Source: Candidatus Poribacteria bacterium (GTDB lineage: Bacteria; Poribacteria; WGA-4E; JAJDTR01). Taken from it: 64,000 bases of DNA. Under the pieces are notes generated by a model. It was not told the origin of the DNA. It saw only the letters and a list, made by a program, of their open reading frames with translations, and did not search any database. The position numbers were made by a program, and so were the translations under genes. Of this stretch, positions 59,961-64,000 are shown one piece after another. Each line of letters starts with the position of its first letter. The stretch's first letter is position 1. The stretch lies in contig OZ246960.1 in the NCBI GenBank assembly GCA_965232235.1, positions 871,058 to 935,057 on the forward strand. The letters run 5' to 3'.

Positions 59961-61504
59961 ACCGGTTGCGAAAACGTGTCATCATCCCAACCGTAGCCGG
60001 TGTCGAATCCCACAAACTTGATTAACTCGCTAATTGACATGTGCGCGCCCAGCGCCGCCATGATCTGCGCGATCTCCAGCTTGCCAGCCGGCGTGTTCGG
60101 CAGTGAGGTCGCGTCGGGCATCTTCATGCGGTATCCGATATACCGCGCCTCCTCCCTGAGCGAATCAGGGAAATCAATACCCCGCCGCCAAATATGAGCC
60201 GCAAGCGGACGGCGGGCAAACTGTTGTGTCAACGAAATCAGCAACCGCATCCGATGAAGCCGGAATTCGTTCATCTCGCGGACGTTGTTGCTTATCTGGT
60301 TAAACGCCGCCCACTGCAGCGTGTTCACCATTCTGCCGCTGGCGTTGGAGGACGGGGCTTGCCCGGCGAACACCGGATTCAGAGACGGCATCATGTCCGC
60401 AATCCCTTGAATCGAGTGTTGCAAGAGATTGTACAGAATCGGCGGCACCGCTTCCGTTGGAAACGGTTTGATATCTCTATCAAGGTCGTACTCCTCCTCG
60501 ACCTCGATGTTGACGCCGTATCCCGTAAACACCTGCTCCATATCCAGCGCGCCGCGCTTCGATATCATGCGGCCTATCGACAATCGACGCAGCATCAGGA
60601 TAAGGTTGGAGTAAACCTCGTCGAGAAACTTCTGCTGCGACCAGCACAGTGCTCCGTAACCGTGTCCCCAAAACGATCGCGATTGATTACTGCTGTGTTT
60701 GATGACGGGGAAATTCCGCCACGTCGCAAACGGGAAATCGGGGTAATAGTACGGCGTTGTCCGAATCCGCACGACGTCGTTGTCGATTGCCGTCGCATAG
60801 AAAACCTCCGTGTCGCCCGCGTCCTTCACCTGTATGCCCTGCATCTCGGCAATCCATCGCCGCATCCACAGTTCCCGAATCCTGAACTGTCGCTGCTCAT
60901 TATCCAGATTTGAGCCGGTTTTTGAATCGGAAATCTGGTAGTCGGGATAGTGGTAGCGGATATAGCGCTCGTTCTGTGTCGTCTCGTGCACCAGGAATCC
61001 CGCATTCGACAAATCCGTGCTCGTTGCGTCCGGATCGACGGAGAACGCCAGCGGCGAAATCGGTACCATCCGCACCACGCGATAGCGCGGGTCATACACC
61101 GCTTTCGAGATGGCGTGTCCGAAGATCAGGTTGTGGTAAACCGCATCTTCAAGGCGCTCACCCTCCTTGTCCACCTCCTGAAACATCTGGGTCCACTGTT
61201 TCAAATCCTCGATATTCTCGGCATCCTCAATGCTGTGGCGGCTCCTGTCCGGCAGCAGTTCTATCCGTGCCGCCTGCTCCGTGAACGCCGGCACCAGACG
61301 CAGGATTCCCTTCTGAATCTCGGGATTCAGGCTCTCATGCGTTATCGGAGACACATTCCCAATAGACGTGCCATCGACGTACGCACTGCGATTATTGTAA
61401 ATCGCGAGCTCATGACGCATCCGGCTGTGGTGTTCCTGCGCCGCACCCTGCGCCTCGTCCATGAGGCTGAAAAATTTTTCGGCTGATTTTTTGTTTATCA
61501 TCAC
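59783..61504 (-). CDS. putative phage portal protein; the C-terminal ~55 codons are repeat-derived
   Basis: Size and position in the module; the last part of the ORF reads through the R1 repeats (..ERIVSAVANPNSKSRGNP..). Confidence 0.35.
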   Translation of the reverse strand: MMINKKSAEKFFSLMDEAQGAAQEHHSRMRHELAIYNNRSAYVDGTSIGNVSPITHESLNPEIQKGILRLVPAFTEQAARIELLPDRSRHSIEDAENIEDLKQWTQMFQEVDKEGERLEDAVYHNLIFGHAISKAVYDPRYRVVRMVPISPLAFSVDPDATSTDLSNAGFLVHETTQNERYIRYHYPDYQISDSKTGSNLDNEQRQFRIRELWMRRWIAEMQGIQVKDAGDTEVFYATAIDNDVVRIRTTPYYYPDFPFATWRNFPVIKHSSNQSRSFWGHGYGALCWSQQKFLDEVYSNLILMLRRLSIGRMISKRGALDMEQVFTGYGVNIEVEEEYDLDRDIKPFPTEAVPPILYNLLQHSIQGIADMMPSLNPVFAGQAPSSNASGRMVNTLQWAAFNQISNNVREMNEFRLHRMRLLISLTQQFARRPLAAHIWRRGIDFPDSLREEARYIGYRMKMPDATSLPNTPAGKLEIAQIMAALGAHMSISELIKFVGFDTGYGWDDDTFSQPVQPTEINRPNSEGSSERIVSAVANPNSKSRGNPSTDRIGRTIGNPLNQNVASGMDTGMI

Positions 61505-62178
61505 AGTCCCATATAATTAAAGCCGATTGGTTGTTTTTCATAGCGTCGGGTGAACGGATTCAGAAATCGCGCGTTTGGGCTATTTCTCCATACATCGGGA
61601 TCAGCGATATATCCTTCGCCTGGCAGCGAATCAAGTATCGCTTGCGCGTCCGAACCGCCAAACAGTGTGTCCACGGCGCCATTAGTCGTTTCGTCGTCGG
61701 GGTTTTGACCTATTTTTTTCAGGTACGCAAGGTTCTTGATAATCGAGGCGAGATCCTCCATGAACGACGAATCACCCGACAGATTCTTGAGCCGATCGTT
61801 CACTGTCTTAGACAGACCGGACAACGATGCGCCGTACTGCGAGCTTGCCGCTTGCATCGCCGCGTTAATCGGCGCCTGCTGCGCCTGCTGCAGCAGCGCC
61901 AGACCCGCGGGGCTGGACGGCCCCAACCGAGCAGCGATATTACCGGACGCCGCCTGCATCTGAGGCCCCGCGTTCTGGCGTATCATCGCCAGTTCCGCTT
62001 CGGTAAACTTCCCGCGGCTGCGGCGTTGAAGATCTCTGTTGAACTGCACTTGCTGATTCAACACCTCTTGTTGCAGCCTGTAGAGATCTCGGTTCGCGAT
62101 TCGGTCATAAATTCCGAGTCCGAGATTCGCCAACGCGCTTCCGCCCGCTATGAGCGCCATTGTCGTGGGTTCTGCCAT
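61501..62178 (-). CDS. hypothetical phage-module protein (225 aa)
   Basis: 4-nt overlap with the portal start. Confidence 0.3.
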   Translation of the reverse strand: MAEPTTMALIAGGSALANLGLGIYDRIANRDLYRLQQEVLNQQVQFNRDLQRRSRGKFTEAELAMIRQNAGPQMQAASGNIAARLGPSSPAGLALLQQAQQAPINAAMQAASSQYGASLSGLSKTVNDRLKNLSGDSSFMEDLASIIKNLAYLKKIGQNPDDETTNGAVDTLFGGSDAQAILDSLPGEGYIADPDVWRNSPNARFLNPFTRRYEKQPIGFNYMGL

Positions 62179-62179
62179 T

Positions 62180-62371
62180 TTAAATCACCTTTTCCGTGGA
62201 CACTTTAAACCATCCGTCAATCAGAAATTTGTACAATTCGCCATCCATCACAACTTCATCGCCGAACTGTGCACTTCCGGGCAGTTCTCGAACTTCTCGC
62301 ACCCTGTCCTGCTTTTCGTCGTCCACATGTCTCGTTAACGCATCCAAGGATTGCTGTTCTTTCAGTGGCAT
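62180..62371 (-). CDS. small hypothetical protein (63 aa)
   Basis: Tight coupling to the neighbours. Confidence 0.25.
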   Translation of the reverse strand: MPLKEQQSLDALTRHVDDEKQDRVREVRELPGSAQFGDEVVMDGELYKFLIDGWFKVSTEKVI

Positions 62372-62512
62372 TGCCGCCTCATTGATTATGAAAAACGCGA
62401 TGAGTTGACCGAATAGGAAATCAGGTTTCCTTTGGGAGTTCTATCGGGATTTTCTATCGCGGTCACTATTCGTTCCCTTGATCCCAGTTGATTGATAGAA
62501 AGACTACCGGCG

Positions 62513-63985
62513 TTACACGTACGCTCGAACCTTCAACCCTCTAATTGTCGCGCCGCCCGTTCCGGCAATCTTGAACCGCATCGCAAATCCCCGACGGTCT
62601 ATCCGAACCCGCACATAATCGAATCTTTCCCCGCCCATCCTATTCGCCGTGATAGTTTTCTCGACCGGCTCTTGATCATCGATGTAAAATGCGGCGGTTA
62701 CGTCTTTCTCCGCGTTCCCGTCAATCACCAGTTCCTTGAAGGTTTTCATCTCGCTTCCAAGCCCCTGCGAGTTCCAATCAAGCTGCTGCGATTCCCAAGC
62801 CCAATCAATTTCCTCCGTGGGAGCGCCCTCTTGCCCCGTGTACTTCGTTAAGCCGTCAACCGTTTCGTCATCGACCACCCAATCGAGCAGGCGCGGTGAG
62901 CGCTGCCCGTCGGCGATCACGCCCGTCAGCGGCTGTTCGTCAAACTTCACCGAAGCGTATTGACGGATGTGCGCCCCGTCAGGGACTTCTATCGCACGGG
63001 ATTTACTATCAGGTTTTACTATGGGATTAGCTATCGCAGTCGCTATCCGCTCCTTTGATCCTTCGTTATCAAGATCTCTATCGCACTCGTTATTCACTCG
63101 CTTGATCTCAGTTGATCCTTGCGCGAAGCGCACCCAATCGTTGCCATCATTAACAAAATAGATGATATCGGTATTGCCGGTCGACTTATGGCGGCGGCGA
63201 ATCCCCCACAGGCTCGCATTGTTCGGCAGCATACCCACAAACCCGTCGTCCACCTCGTACCGATTGAAATATCCTTTCAACTGGGGCACAGACTCCGGCG
63301 CAGCCGTTCCGTCCGTCAGGTAGAGCCCGTCACTCCCCACAAAGCCGAAGGCTTTTTCGAGCACACTCCACGCATGGGGTGATGCCGGACCGCGTGCCGA
63401 AATTCGGTCGTATCGAAACGTCTGTGGTGATGTGCCGCTGAGCCGGTGAAGATTATCGGCCGCGCCGAACAGCAGCATCCCTCGATATTCGGCGCAGAAC
63501 TCAATGCGCTGACCGGTGGTGATGGCATTTATGACAGGCCAAGCATGCCACCGCGGTGTCAAATTGCGCACGTCACTAAATCGGAGTTCGTTTCCGTTTG
63601 CGCCAAACAGCCGGTCGTTAAATCTTTCTATCTGTGAAATACTCGGAGGCATTCGGCTGCTGTCCGTTAGCGGGTTCGACACATCGATTACGATTTCCCC
63701 ATCTTCAAGTTCATAATTGTCGTCGTCAAATTCAACGTCTTCATCGCCGATTTCAACCTCGCCGACGCGATAGTATGTAATGTTCGCGTCGTTTTCAAAT
63801 AGGTCGAAAGCGCCGCCGCTCCGGTATATGCGAACTGCTGTTACGCGGCTATCGTCGGAATGCGGTATATTGCGCAACGTTGCCAGCGGAACGTCTTGGA
63901 CCGGCGTTTGGCGGTAATTGATTGCGCGCCGTTCTGAAGCGGGTGATTCGATGGATCCTACGCGGCTGAACGCTACATAGGTCAA
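62513..63985 (-). CDS. phage-module structural-size protein (490 aa) with an in-frame repeat-derived segment
   Basis: The reading frame stays open across the R1 repeat cluster 62985..63110 (..SKERIATAIANPIVKPDSKSRAIEVPD..). Confidence 0.35.
   Translation of the reverse strand: MTYVAFSRVGSIESPASERRAINYRQTPVQDVPLATLRNIPHSDDSRVTAVRIYRSGGAFDLFENDANITYYRVGEVEIGDEDVEFDDDNYELEDGEIVIDVSNPLTDSSRMPPSISQIERFNDRLFGANGNELRFSDVRNLTPRWHAWPVINAITTGQRIEFCAEYRGMLLFGAADNLHRLSGTSPQTFRYDRISARGPASPHAWSVLEKAFGFVGSDGLYLTDGTAAPESVPQLKGYFNRYEVDDGFVGMLPNNASLWGIRRRHKSTGNTDIIYFVNDGNDWVRFAQGSTEIKRVNNECDRDLDNEGSKERIATAIANPIVKPDSKSRAIEVPDGAHIRQYASVKFDEQPLTGVIADGQRSPRLLDWVVDDETVDGLTKYTGQEGAPTEEIDWAWESQQLDWNSQGLGSEMKTFKELVIDGNAEKDVTAAFYIDDQEPVEKTITANRMGGERFDYVRVRIDRRGFAMRFKIAGTGGATIRGLKVRAYV
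62985..63110. repeat. R1-family repeat cluster embedded in-frame in CDS 62513..63985
   Basis: Four tatcgc..ttgatc units. Confidence 0.6.
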
Positions 63986-64000
63986 TTTGTAAAAATGGTA

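Larger units (their letters stand above)
48381..64000. mobile_element. phage-like region (packaging and structural genes), probably running past the window end
   Basis: Terminase large subunit, portal-like and structural-size genes on one strand; HNH endonuclease gene. Confidence 0.4.

Overview
This 64 kb window is accessory-type DNA from a bacterium with roughly mid-50s % GC (judged by eye). The donor is probably an uncultivated lineage, but there is no rRNA or tRNA in the window to place it. Six themes cover most of it.

(1) 1.9–14.4 kb is a tandem array of seven paralogous secreted BNR/Asp-box beta-propeller genes (repeated S-x-D-x-G-x-T-W motif). Several are decayed: one frameshifted, one C-terminally truncated, one 5'-truncated. 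Consecutive genes are translationally coupled through ATGA overlaps. The array is preceded by duplicated about 300 bp leaders that carry textbook sigma-54 (-24/-12) promoter matches. A LamG-type lectin gene embedded in the array has its own sigma-54 site.

(2) The BNR proteins, the LamG protein, and two PD40/TolB-like beta-propeller paralogs at 45.6–48.1 kb all end in a shared extreme C-terminal motif, (K)[AL]xTTWGx[IL]K. It looks like an undescribed C-terminal tag or recognition tail.

(3) 15–35 kb holds metabolic and accessory genes:
- a Uma2 nuclease;
- a radical SAM–glycosyltransferase–EEP hydrolase operon;
- a SprT-like protease;
- a secreted metallophosphoesterase next to a PhyH-family dioxygenase plus HD-domain pair that resembles the PhnY/PhnZ oxidative phosphonate C-P cleavage pathway;
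- an NRAMP-like transporter;
- gluconolactonase, galactose mutarotase, and a three-gene sugar ABC transporter.

(4) 35.4–38.7 kb is a lower-GC four-gene island of unrecognisable proteins. A second small AT-rich cassette at 53.5–55.1 kb is bounded by about 155 bp direct repeats.

(5) 48–64 kb is a phage-like module with a large terminase, a putative portal, structural genes, and an HNH_2-type endonuclease. It also holds a strongly promoted Met-rich repeat protein.

(6) The whole window is saturated with short palindromic repeats:
- several REP families that all begin with GTAG;
- a 30 bp 'ctatcgcgctcattatccattcgcttgatc' family at more than 25 loci, including an in-frame copy inside a structural gene;
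- a 'ttctattgacat'+hairpin module;
- 194 bp and 303 bp tandem duplications.

All functional calls rest on motif recognition by eye. No searches were run.
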